From NCBI GenBank assembly GCA_038317095.1, contig JBBQBB010000005.1:20022-84021 (forward strand): a stretch of 64,000 bases of DNA, read 5' to 3'. The notes under the pieces were generated by a model, which made no database searches, had not been told where the DNA came from, and saw nothing but the letters and a program-made list of their open reading frames with translations. Position numbers and translations under genes: made by a program. This document shows, piece by piece, positions 37,320-46,923 of the stretch (the stretch's first letter is position 1; every line of letters begins with the position of its first letter). The stretch is from Bacteroidia bacterium (GTDB lineage Bacteria > Bacteroidota > Bacteroidia > NS11-12g > UBA955).

Positions 37320-40300
37320 ATGCTTTTGGGCTTGTCTTTCCTTGTGTTAAATTTTGCCTTTTCCCAAGTAAAATTCATTGAAAACAAAGGCCAGTGGTGC
37401 AACAAAGCCACTTACAAAGCAGCGCTAACCAACGGGGATTTGTGGCTTACCGACAGTGGCTTGCTATTTTCTTTGTGGGATCCAAGCGCGGGTGAGACTT
37501 TGCATGATAAGGGACTGGCTAAATTTACCTTAAAGCAGCATGCTTTTTACCTGCATTTTAAAGGCGGTAATATGGCCAATATTACTGCTGGAGGTGAAAC
37601 TTCGGAAGAATATTACAATTATTTTTTGGAAAAAGATCCTTTAAAGTGGAAGGGCGGTTTGCATGCAAATACAGAGTTGTGGGTGCGAAATATATACGAC
37701 GGTGTAGATTTGCAGATTTTTAGTTCCAATGGAAATTTGAAATACAACCTCATTTGCAATAAACCCGAAAACATTTCCCAAATTCGCTTACAATACATAG
37801 GGGTAGATTCTATAAACATCACCAACAACCATATTGAATTAAAAACATCGGTACAAGAATTTATAGAAGCAATGCCCTTGGTTTTAGGTACCAATAAGTT
37901 AGGCAACCAAGAAATTGCCACCAAGTATAAAATGTTCGATGACGGTATAGGGTTTGAAATCCCTAGTGGCGTGCAAAGCAGGTATACCCAAATTGTAATA
38001 GATCCGATATTGGTTTTTAGCACTTATAGCGGCTCCAAAGCTGACAATTTTGGTTGCACGGGTACTTACGATGACTTGGGTTTTAGCTATTCTGGAGGTA
38101 CTGTTTTTGACTTTGGTTTTCCTGTAACCTTGGGCGCTTTTCAAACTTCGTTTAAGGGTGGGGTAGATGAAAATCTGAGTTATGGTGGTGGCAGAGATGT
38201 TGGTATTTTAAAATACACCCCAGATGGAAAATCATTGGTTTATTGCACCTATTTGGGCGGTTTTGGCAATGAACAACCGCATTCTATGGTTACCAATGCA
38301 TTGCACGAATTACAGGTTGTAGGTTCTACCAGAAGCACCAATTTTCCGGTTTCAGCAACCGCTTTTGATAAAACGCAAAATGGGGATTACGATTTTTTTA
38401 TTACCCATTTTTCTGCTGATGGTAAATCCATTATTGGTTCTACCTATATAGGTGGTTCAGGCATGGATGCCAGCGGCGCAGACCGAGAGAACAATGGATT
38501 GGAATCTTACCCTTTGTTGTTCAATTATGCAGATGAATTTAGGGGTGAAATTTTATGCGATGCGAATAATATTTATGTGGGCGGAATCACCTATAGTTCT
38601 GATTTTCCTGGATTGAATACGCCATTGCCTCGCAATCAAGATGGGTGTGTTTTTTCCATGAGTGCAGATTTGTCAAAATTAAATTGGTCAACCGTGATTG
38701 GTACTTCCAATTTTGATGCTATTTATGGAATTGCCTTAGGCAAATCGAACGATATTTATGCATCTGGTGGTACCAATAGCAACGATTTGGGCATTGCTTA
38801 TCCAACATTTAAAAAGGCTTATGCTGGGGGCATTGCAGATGCTATGGCATTGCGATTGAATAGGAGTGATGGTTCCATTTTGCAATCTACTTATTTTGGA
38901 ACAGCGGCCTACGAGCAAGCTTATTTTGTACAAACCGACAATTCTGGCAATCCCTATTTTTACGGTCAAACGGATGGGGTGTTTCCCATCGTGAATTCAC
39001 CTTACAACCAACCTGGCAAAGGGCAGTTTATTGTGAGGTTTGATACTGCGCTTAGCAATTATACCCTTAGCACAACCTTTGGAGCAAATAACAATGGTCC
39101 CAATATTTCCCCGTCGGCATTTTTGGTCGATCGCTGCGAAAGGATTTTCGTTTCAGGTTGGGGAGGTGGCACAAACTCACATGTGCGCGATGCATTTACA
39201 GGCAAAGCAAAAGCCCATTTTAACAGAGGATCTACTTACAATATGCAAGTAACTTCTGATGCCTTGCAAAAAACAACCGATGGCAGCGATTTTTACATAG
39301 CTGTGTTTTCTAAAAATATGTATGCACTGTCGTATGCCACTTTTTTTGGTGGAATTGGCGCAGGTACCAAGAGTGCCGATGAGCATGTAGATGGCGGTAC
39401 CAGTAGGTTTGACAAAAAAGGCATTATCTATCAAGCCGTTTGCGCAGGTTGTGGTAAAAACGGACTTTTCCCTACCACACCAGGCGCTTATAGCCGCACA
39501 AACAATAGTTTTAATTGCAACAATGCATTGTTTAAAATTGATTTTCAGAACTTAAATAAAAAGCCGTTTATGACGGATACATTTATTAAAGTGGTTGCAA
39601 CAGACAATATTGATTTTACCAAAATAGCCAAAGATCCAGATCCGTTTGACACCTTGCAATTGAAAGTATTTGTAATCAATAAAGCTGGAATTCAATCACC
39701 CGATACGCCGATTTTTACATTGACCAAAGGCATAGGCAAAGCAAGCTTGCGCTTGGCATGGAATACAAAGTGCAACAGTTGGAGCACTGATACTGTGCAA
39801 TATCGAATTATGATTTATGACAAGGGTTGTCCGAATGCCGATACGACGTGGGCCACTCTTAAAATACTGGTTACCGAACCACCCAAAGCAGTGCCACCCG
39901 ATGCCATTTGTGTAAGTTACGATAGAGCCATTGGCGAATTAAAAATTTCATGGCCTGCCAGCAACCAAGATGCAAGGTTTTTTTCACATTTTTTGTTAAA
40001 AAGAATAGACCCCTTAAATCAAGAAACTATGTTGTTACAAATTAACAATACGGCTGTGGGTTCATATATAGACGTTGCTGTCGTAAATCCAAGTACCAAC
40101 AATTATTGCTATTGGTTAGAGGGTTACAATACTTGTGGAACTTTGGTAAAGGCTGCAATGCCATTTTGTACAGTGCAAGAATTAAACAACCCAATTACTG
40201 GTGTAAGGATGAAATTTGCTACGGTTGAAAACGACAAAAGGGTAAAAATTGAATGGGAAAAAAGCCAAGAACCTGATTTTAAGGAATACGAATTGTATAA

Positions 40301-41027
40301 ATTTGAAAGAAGCGGTTCACCGGGGAAAGTTCAGTTTGCCTATAGTAAAGATACTTTTTTTAGGGATTCTTCTTTTAACGTAGACAATGAATCGTGGTGC
40401 TATTCAATTGTAGTAACAGACAAATGTGGGCATGCCAGCAACCAAAGCAACAAAGGTTGCAATGTAATTATTAACGGCACTGCAACAGGTCGCCCGGAAT
40501 ACTATTTTGATTTAAAATGGCAAGATTATGAAGATTGGGGGCAAGGCGTAAAAGATTGGACATTGGAAAGGCAATATGCTTCCAACCCATGGACAATGCT
40601 TGCCAATGCAGGTGCAAATCAAAATTATAAGGATGATAAATTGGATTTTGATTGGGGTGGATATTGGTATAGGGTTACCGCCACAGAATATTTAAAATCA
40701 CCTTACAGGGCACCATACCAAAGCCAAAGCAACTGGATTTATTTATACCAACCGCCAGAACTGTGGGTGCCCAATGCATTTACACCGAATGAAAACGGCA
40801 TGAACGATGCGTGGGGAACAGTACCCGTTTTTGTGCGCAATTACAATATGAAAGTGTACAACCGATGGGGTCAAAAAGTATGGGAATCTACCGCGAAAAA
40901 ACTACAATGGGATGGCACTGTGGATGGCAAATTGGCCGAAGATGGGGTGTTTGCATGGTATGTGCAGTTTGATGGCTGGGATGATAAAAAGTACACCATG
41001 AAGGGAACAGTAACTGTGATTCATTGA
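37320..41027 (+). CDS. large cell-surface protein with T9SS type-B (gliding-motility-associated) C-terminal sorting domain
   Basis: Signal peptide MLLGLSFLVLNFAFSQ, then FIENKGQW and SBBP-like beta-propeller repeats. C-terminal LWVPNAFTPNENGMNDAW...GVFAWYVQF is the type-B CTD. The track start 37242 is possible. Confidence 0.85.
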   Translation: MLLGLSFLVLNFAFSQVKFIENKGQWCNKATYKAALTNGDLWLTDSGLLFSLWDPSAGETLHDKGLAKFTLKQHAFYLHFKGGNMANITAGGETSEEYYNYFLEKDPLKWKGGLHANTELWVRNIYDGVDLQIFSSNGNLKYNLICNKPENISQIRLQYIGVDSINITNNHIELKTSVQEFIEAMPLVLGTNKLGNQEIATKYKMFDDGIGFEIPSGVQSRYTQIVIDPILVFSTYSGSKADNFGCTGTYDDLGFSYSGGTVFDFGFPVTLGAFQTSFKGGVDENLSYGGGRDVGILKYTPDGKSLVYCTYLGGFGNEQPHSMVTNALHELQVVGSTRSTNFPVSATAFDKTQNGDYDFFITHFSADGKSIIGSTYIGGSGMDASGADRENNGLESYPLLFNYADEFRGEILCDANNIYVGGITYSSDFPGLNTPLPRNQDGCVFSMSADLSKLNWSTVIGTSNFDAIYGIALGKSNDIYASGGTNSNDLGIAYPTFKKAYAGGIADAMALRLNRSDGSILQSTYFGTAAYEQAYFVQTDNSGNPYFYGQTDGVFPIVNSPYNQPGKGQFIVRFDTALSNYTLSTTFGANNNGPNISPSAFLVDRCERIFVSGWGGGTNSHVRDAFTGKAKAHFNRGSTYNMQVTSDALQKTTDGSDFYIAVFSKNMYALSYATFFGGIGAGTKSADEHVDGGTSRFDKKGIIYQAVCAGCGKNGLFPTTPGAYSRTNNSFNCNNALFKIDFQNLNKKPFMTDTFIKVVATDNIDFTKIAKDPDPFDTLQLKVFVINKAGIQSPDTPIFTLTKGIGKASLRLAWNTKCNSWSTDTVQYRIMIYDKGCPNADTTWATLKILVTEPPKAVPPDAICVSYDRAIGELKISWPASNQDARFFSHFLLKRIDPLNQETMLLQINNTAVGSYIDVAVVNPSTNNYCYWLEGYNTCGTLVKAAMPFCTVQELNNPITGVRMKFATVENDKRVKIEWEKSQEPDFKEYELYKFERSGSPGKVQFAYSKDTFFRDSSFNVDNESWCYSIVVTDKCGHASNQSNKGCNVIINGTATGRPEYYFDLKWQDYEDWGQGVKDWTLERQYASNPWTMLANAGANQNYKDDKLDFDWGGYWYRVTATEYLKSPYRAPYQSQSNWIYLYQPPELWVPNAFTPNENGMNDAWGTVPVFVRNYNMKVYNRWGQKVWESTAKKLQWDGTVDGKLAEDGVFAWYVQFDGWDDKKYTMKGTVTVIH

Positions 41028-41141
41028 TTTTTTAGGTTTATAAATACCACTAAGTTGCGCCTACTTTTTTTGCCACTCAGCCAAGAAGCCTAGAACGAGG
41101 CTATAACTAAAATAATTTACTCTTTCTTTATGGCTTTTTTT

Positions 41142-41230
41142 GTTCACAAAGTTCACATCGCAAGCACAAATTACACAAATGTTTTGCTGAATGTTTTGCG
41201 CGTTTGTTTTTGCCACTAAGGCATGCATCG
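41142..41230. repeat. decayed word-repeat relic (cacaaagttcacatcgcaagcacaaattacacaaatgttttgc ... gccactaaggcatgc)
   Basis: Shares CACrAATT, GTTTTGC and CACTAAGG-ATGC words with the 2209-3330 modules, in a convergent intergenic region. Confidence 0.5.
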
Positions 41231-41351
41231 TTTATCCGTAGTATTGTATCACTGTTTTATTCCTTTGAGGCCGCCCCCTGTGCGGCAGATTGGTCTGGCT
41301 GTTTATTGCCACAATTATGTTTCTCTATAATGGAATTTAAAAACACATGAT

Positions 41352-41912
41352 TTAAAATAGAAAACCAATCCCTAGTCTTCCATTCCATACAATATCAGCG
41401 TTATTATCGTTTTGCAAATTTCCTCGCAAATTTAAACAGGTTTTTTTAGCAAGTTTGAAATTAACACCAAGCGAAAAAGTATATCCAATGGAACTGTATT
41501 TGGAAGTGATTTTGGTGACCACAGGGTCTGGGTAATCTTGAAATTTTTGATACCAACTCCAGTATCGGGTATAAAAGCCCAAACCGATTTCGGGTTGAAT
41601 TTTTTTGGTATTTAAAAAACTACGATAATAGGTCATTTCAATACCATGTGCCCAATTATTTTGTTCAGAAATAAAAGGCAATGCATCATCTACGAAAGAA
41701 AAATTTAAAACCGAAATACCTGCGGATAGTCGGTCTGCTTTTGTCAATTGGCGGCCGTATTCTAGTCCAACTCCGTTGCCGGATAGATCACCTGACCCAG
41801 TAAATGAACGGCCCATTTCTAATCGCAGATAATTGTTTTTTTCTTGTGCTTTTGAAAATGAAAAATTTAAGATAAATGCAATAAATACTAATATTTTGAA
41901 ATATGTTTTCAT
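41352..41912 (-). CDS. small outer-membrane beta-barrel protein
   Basis: Signal peptide MKTYFKILVFIAFILNFSFSKAQ, an alternating beta pattern and a terminal Phe. Confidence 0.7.
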   Translation of the reverse strand: MKTYFKILVFIAFILNFSFSKAQEKNNYLRLEMGRSFTGSGDLSGNGVGLEYGRQLTKADRLSAGISVLNFSFVDDALPFISEQNNWAHGIEMTYYRSFLNTKKIQPEIGLGFYTRYWSWYQKFQDYPDPVVTKITSKYSSIGYTFSLGVNFKLAKKTCLNLRGNLQNDNNADIVWNGRLGIGFLF

Positions 41913-41926
41913 ACGTATAATACAAA

Positions 41927-42877
41927 TCAACTTTCCCTTTTCCCAAGCATTTCGGCAAGTTCTACCAAATAATGTGTTTTGTCCCCCATTTGGGCCAAGT
42001 TTTGCAAAATATCGGCTGCCTTATCGGCATAAAATGCAGATAGGCGTTTTAATTCCTCATCCAAACCATGGTTTTTAAATAGCTTGGTTGCATGGTATAT
42101 GCGGTCTTCACTTTGGTTGGTAGCATATAACTGAGCAATTTGCAATCCTTTGTTTTTAGCCTTAATATAAAGCCAGGTTTTTTTGCCTTCTTCTATGTCG
42201 CCGCCGGCTTTTTTGCCTGTTTTCGAGGCATCCCCAAAAGTATCTAACCAATCATCATCCAATTGAAATGCAAGACCTAGTGATTCTGCGAACGTGTAAT
42301 ACTTTTTTGCTTTTTCATGGCTTGCACCAGCAGAACTGGCACCGCCGTATGCGCAACAACCTAGCAATACCGCAGTTTTTAAGCGTATCATTTCTAGGTA
42401 TGATTCTTCCGTAACATCTTCCAATTGGCTAAACTCCATATCCATTTGTTGACCTTCACACACTTCGCGGGCAGTGCGGGTGAACATGTTTAATATCTCA
42501 TCTTTTTGTTTGCCTTGGTATGCCAGTAAATACTCAAATGCCTTCACAAGCATATTGTCACCAGAAAGTATGGCCGTTGGGGTATTCCATTTCTCGTGCA
42601 CGGTAGGCTGACCACGTCGCAACCTGGCATTGTCTAAAATATCATCATGCACAAGCGTAAAATTATGAAAAACCTCCATAGTATGCCCAATGGGTAGTGC
42701 GTTCTCAATATTGCCACCCGCAGACAAAGCGGATGCAATAGAAAGCAAAGGCCTGGCGCGCTTGCCTCCCAATTCCATAATGTACCGCATAGGTTCATAC
42801 AATTCAACAGGAGTGCCAATAAAAGGACTCTCCATGCGATAATTTTCGTATAAGTTAAATAAGGTTTTTAAATTCAT
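41927..42877 (-). CDS. polyprenyl diphosphate synthase
   Basis: First DDxxD motif LVHDDILD and second motif FQLDDDWLD. Confidence 0.9.
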   Translation of the reverse strand: MNLKTLFNLYENYRMESPFIGTPVELYEPMRYIMELGGKRARPLLSIASALSAGGNIENALPIGHTMEVFHNFTLVHDDILDNARLRRGQPTVHEKWNTPTAILSGDNMLVKAFEYLLAYQGKQKDEILNMFTRTAREVCEGQQMDMEFSQLEDVTEESYLEMIRLKTAVLLGCCAYGGASSAGASHEKAKKYYTFAESLGLAFQLDDDWLDTFGDASKTGKKAGGDIEEGKKTWLYIKAKNKGLQIAQLYATNQSEDRIYHATKLFKNHGLDEELKRLSAFYADKAADILQNLAQMGDKTHYLVELAEMLGKRES

Positions 42878-42952
42878 GAATGCACAAAGATGGTATATAT
42901 TCAGGTATATTTAGGTGTTTGTTTAGCATTTACTGCGTTTAAGGTATTCTAT

Positions 42953-45064
42953 TTAATCTGCCAAAGTAAAATCAATCATTCTGGCTTGCGGATTGGCATT
43001 TTTTACACGGATGCTAATTAAATCACCAAGTTTATACGATTTGCGGGTTCTGGTGCCCACTACTTTTCTTTCTTTCTCTAGAAAATAATAATTGTCACCC
43101 CGCATATCGCTAATGCGAATCATCCCTTCGCAATGGTTCTCTATGATTTCTGCAAAAATACCCCATTCCGTAACGCCACTTACCACCGCCTCAAACACCG
43201 TCCCAATATGTTGTTGCAGGTATTCAGCCATTTTGTATTTGGTACTAGCCCGTTCTGCTTCTGCTGCTTTTTGTTCCATATTGCTGCTGTGTTTGGCAAT
43301 CATTTCGATTTGCTCTGCGGTATATCCACCAGCTTCATTTAATAAATAATGTTGCAGCAACCGGTGCACCAACAAATCGGGATAGCGGCGAATTGGAGAG
43401 GTGAAATGGGTGTAAAATTCAAACGCCAATCCAAAATGATCACTGCGGCTGCCGGTATAAACCGCCTTAGCCATGCTGCGAATGGCCATTTGGTTGATTA
43501 CATCCTCCTCAGGCTTGCCAACCAAATCTTCAAAAAGTTTGTTTAAACTGTGCCTTAAGTTTTTCTCAGAATTTAAATCCAATTTGTAACCAAACAATTG
43601 ACAAAATTTAGAAAGTTCTATGAGTTTATCTTGGTTCGGGTTGTCGTGTATGCGATAAATAAAAGGCAATTCAGGCTTATGTTTTTTCTTTACAAATTCT
43701 GCCACTTCGCGGTTTGCAAGCAACATAAATTCTTCAATCAATTTGTGTGCATCAAATCGCTTTTTTAACAATACTTGTAGGGGTTTTCCGTTGTCATCTA
43801 ACTTAAACCGAATTTCATCACTTTCAAATCCGAGGGCACCGTTGTTTTTTCTTTGGGTATGCAGTTTTTTTGCCAATCCGTTTAAAAATTGCAATTCCGC
43901 ATGCAAATCACCTTCTCCACTTACAATCCTTTCTTGGGCTTGTTCGTAGCTAAATCTGCGCTGGCTGTGAATCACACTTTTCCCATACCAGCGTTCTATA
44001 ATATGGCAGTTGTCATCCACAATAAAAATGGCTGAAAATGCCAATCGATCTACGTCGGGTTTCAAACTGCACAAATTGTTGCTAAGTTTCTCGGGAAGCA
44101 TAGGTATAGTGCGATCGGCTAAGTAAACCGAGGTTCCGCGAAGCAAAGCTTCATTGTCTAATGCTGTATTGGGTTCTACATAATGTGAAACATCTGCGAT
44201 GTGAATCCCCAATTCGTATTTGCCTTCTTCCAATTTTTGATAAGAAATGGCATCGTCAAAATCTTTGGCATCTTCTGGGTCTATGGTAAACGTGAGTGTG
44301 CCACGCATATCTCGTCTGCCTGGCCAATTTTGATTTTCTTCTAAATTTTCAGGGTAAATTGCTGCTTCTTTTTCAACCGCTTCGGGAAATTTTACGGAAA
44401 ACCCAAATTCAGCAACTATGGAATGCATTTCGGTATCATTCATTCCAGGTTTGCCAATTATTTCCAATATTACCCCAACTGGATTCCTGCTTTGGTTAGG
44501 AAAATCTTTAACCATGCACACTGCTTTCATCCCTTCCCATTCGCTTTCAATTTTTCCTTGGATGCGAATGTCAAATGGAAAATTTTGCTTGTCTGGAATT
44601 AAAAAAGCACTGCTTTCAAAAACCTCCAATGTGCCTACAACTCGCGTTTGGGCGCGTTCTAATACTTTGGTTACTTCACCTTTGGGGCGTTTGCCTCGTC
44701 CCAATACTGTACATACTACCCTGTCGCCTGGCAATGCCCTATTTAGAAATTCACGCGGCACAAAAAGGTCTTCGCGTTCTGGTACAATGTGGCTTAATAA
44801 CAAATAGGCATCGCCTTTTTTGGTAAATTCTAAAATGCCTTCTACTTCTTCGGTCACTTTGGCTATTCTAAAATTACCCTTTGAAGGTTGTTCCGCCATT
44901 TTTTTTGAAGTTAAACTCAACAGCGCTTTGTAAACATGGTCGGTATTTATTTTTGCTTCTCTGGGCAGCCTGCTGCTAATCCTATTGGCATTTAACGTGC
45001 CTTTAGGATTGTCTTCTAGTAGAGCAAGAACCAATTTTTCGGTGAGTGATAATTTACTGGACAA
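42953..45064 (-). CDS. rnr: ribonuclease R
   Basis: 703 aa with RNB motif IDPEDAKDFDDA and a C-terminal S1 domain (FEAVVSGVTEWGIFAEI). Confidence 0.93.
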   Translation of the reverse strand: MSSKLSLTEKLVLALLEDNPKGTLNANRISSRLPREAKINTDHVYKALLSLTSKKMAEQPSKGNFRIAKVTEEVEGILEFTKKGDAYLLLSHIVPEREDLFVPREFLNRALPGDRVVCTVLGRGKRPKGEVTKVLERAQTRVVGTLEVFESSAFLIPDKQNFPFDIRIQGKIESEWEGMKAVCMVKDFPNQSRNPVGVILEIIGKPGMNDTEMHSIVAEFGFSVKFPEAVEKEAAIYPENLEENQNWPGRRDMRGTLTFTIDPEDAKDFDDAISYQKLEEGKYELGIHIADVSHYVEPNTALDNEALLRGTSVYLADRTIPMLPEKLSNNLCSLKPDVDRLAFSAIFIVDDNCHIIERWYGKSVIHSQRRFSYEQAQERIVSGEGDLHAELQFLNGLAKKLHTQRKNNGALGFESDEIRFKLDDNGKPLQVLLKKRFDAHKLIEEFMLLANREVAEFVKKKHKPELPFIYRIHDNPNQDKLIELSKFCQLFGYKLDLNSEKNLRHSLNKLFEDLVGKPEEDVINQMAIRSMAKAVYTGSRSDHFGLAFEFYTHFTSPIRRYPDLLVHRLLQHYLLNEAGGYTAEQIEMIAKHSSNMEQKAAEAERASTKYKMAEYLQQHIGTVFEAVVSGVTEWGIFAEIIENHCEGMIRISDMRGDNYYFLEKERKVVGTRTRKSYKLGDLISIRVKNANPQARMIDFTLAD

Positions 45065-45190
45065 AATTAGGAATTGCGCAAAGATATTTACTCTGCTGTG
45101 TCATACAAGCAATGTCTGTAAATTTTAGGAACAAGTAAATGGAGAATTATTTTTTAGAATGTAAAAATATCTGTGTATAATTGCGATTGC

Positions 45191-45880
45191 ATGTCAACAA
45201 AAAAAACGCCCAAAGCTACCGATTCTTATTTTTCATCCAACCGCATTGAAGCATTCAGCGATGGGGTAATTGCCATTATCATTACGTTGATGATTTTGGA
45301 GATAAAATTACCGGATAAATTTCATGACTTGGGCAAGGATCAAAGTTTATGGAAAGCCCTTGCCCCTATAATTCCGCACGTTATAGCGTATTTGTTAAGT
45401 TTTATTATGTTGGGAATCTATTGGGTAAATCACCACAACTTCTTTCACCGTATCCAAAATGCCAATCGAAAATTATTGTGGTTGAACTTGAATTTGCTTT
45501 TTTGGTTCTCTTTAATTCCAATTCCGACCGCCATTTTGGGAGATCATCCGCTGCGCTATGAGTCTAGTATGCTGTATGGTTTTATCCAATTTATGTGTTC
45601 CGCTTCGTTCACTTACATGGGTGTTTATGCCAACAAAATGGAATTGCTTACTTCCAAAGTTCCAGTGGAACTCCGCAAACACAACATGAAGAAAAACAGA
45701 CTTTCGATGTTTCTTTATATATTGGCCATTGGACTTAGTTATGTAAGTGTTTATATTTCGTTTGGGCTATTCATTTATATTGCCGCGTTGTTCTTTGCGC
45801 CTAGACTTGGTATTATACAAGATTATAAGCCGAAGACACAAGAACCTCCCGCTGCACCGCCCGTTGCCAAAAAGGAATAA
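45191..45880 (+). CDS. TMEM175-family potassium channel (DUF1211)
   Basis: RIEAFSDGVIAIIITLMILE (RxxxFSD in TM1) and six TMs. ATG 45191 preferred. Confidence 0.85.
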   Translation: MSTKKTPKATDSYFSSNRIEAFSDGVIAIIITLMILEIKLPDKFHDLGKDQSLWKALAPIIPHVIAYLLSFIMLGIYWVNHHNFFHRIQNANRKLLWLNLNLLFWFSLIPIPTAILGDHPLRYESSMLYGFIQFMCSASFTYMGVYANKMELLTSKVPVELRKHNMKKNRLSMFLYILAIGLSYVSVYISFGLFIYIAALFFAPRLGIIQDYKPKTQEPPAAPPVAKKE

Positions 45881-46009
45881 TTATTAAATTTAAACCACTC
45901 TCAAATTATTTTGCATTCATTTTTGTTTGCTCACGAACCTCTGCCTCCGCAATGCAGGGTGCGAGGTGCAAGCAAATGGAAATCAAAGCGTGTAATGCTG
46001 TAAACCATT

Positions 46010-46033
46010 TTTTTAAACCATCCGGTTTAAAAA
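46010..46033. terminator. bidirectional hairpin terminator
   Basis: Perfect 10-bp stem tttttaaacc/ggtttaaaaa with a 4-nt loop. It overlaps the stop of the minus-strand gene. Confidence 0.6.
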
Positions 46034-46923
46034 ATCACCGTAACTTTTATGAATCCCACAAAACTACTGAAACTGAATACCGGTGCAAGTGCGTCGTGCG
46101 GTTTTTTTACAGAATAACCCGGATTTGTATCCACATTGGATGTGGAATTTATGGCATCCACATAATTTATTTTTTTGGAATACAAATTTTCGTCTTCCAA
46201 CTTGTCAACACCGTTTATAGTGTATTTTGTCAAAGTTCGGGTTTCACCTGTAGCGTTAAGTAATGTGCTTCTAATGTCTAAGCCTATGGAAAAATGTTTG
46301 CTTAATTTGTAGGAAGCGCCAATGCTATTGGCAAATCCTTTGCCCAGTCGATTTACCGTTTTATTTTCTCTTGTTTGTAAAACAGAAGTTGGAGGAAAAT
46401 AATTTAGTTTTTCGTAAACCGTAGACCATGGAACAATTACGGCACCTAATCTTGCTTCTAATTGAATGTGCCCTTTTCCAGATGTTTTAAAAACGATATC
46501 TGCATTTATGCCGGTATAATTTCCCGCTTGGGTGCCTTTGTAATAAATATTTTTTATGGGATCGTTGAGAACCGCGGAAGACTGAATATTGCCTTGTAAA
46601 TGATGTAATCCGAAGGAGAATCCAATATTCTCTGTAATAAAACAATTAAAACGAATGCCGTATAACAATCCTGCGCCATATGAGCCAAACAACGCCTTGC
46701 TGTTGTATTCGGTGGAATCTATTCTAGTGGCTTCAGTGCCAAACAAGGTTTTCTGTTTTCCAATAGATTGACCGAAGAATGCATCCACTTGCCATTTGAA
46801 TTTTTGGGCAAATTTTGAGGAGTCATTTTGGTTGTTTCTTGCACCCAAAAAAAGGGGTGTAAAAAATACAATTGAAGTGAATATAAATTTTTTTTTCATC
46901 CAAAATACGAATAACTTGTTCAT
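46027..46923 (-). CDS. outer-membrane beta-barrel protein
   Basis: Signal peptide (MKKKFIFTSIVFFTPLFLGA), beta pattern and terminal Phe. ATG 46923 overlaps the MFS stop (ATGA), with an alternative ATG at 46899. Confidence 0.7.
   Translation of the reverse strand: MNKLFVFWMKKKFIFTSIVFFTPLFLGARNNQNDSSKFAQKFKWQVDAFFGQSIGKQKTLFGTEATRIDSTEYNSKALFGSYGAGLLYGIRFNCFITENIGFSFGLHHLQGNIQSSAVLNDPIKNIYYKGTQAGNYTGINADIVFKTSGKGHIQLEARLGAVIVPWSTVYEKLNYFPPTSVLQTRENKTVNRLGKGFANSIGASYKLSKHFSIGLDIRSTLLNATGETRTLTKYTINGVDKLEDENLYSKKINYVDAINSTSNVDTNPGYSVKKPHDALAPVFSFSSFVGFIKVTVIF

Noticed and set aside
45952-46263. 103-aa plus-strand ORF overlapping the 3' end of the outer-membrane barrel gene
   Set aside because: It is antisense to a gene with signal peptide, beta-barrel pattern and terminal Phe. 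It starts within terminator and repeat DNA, and its translation is Cys- and Ile-rich with no motif.
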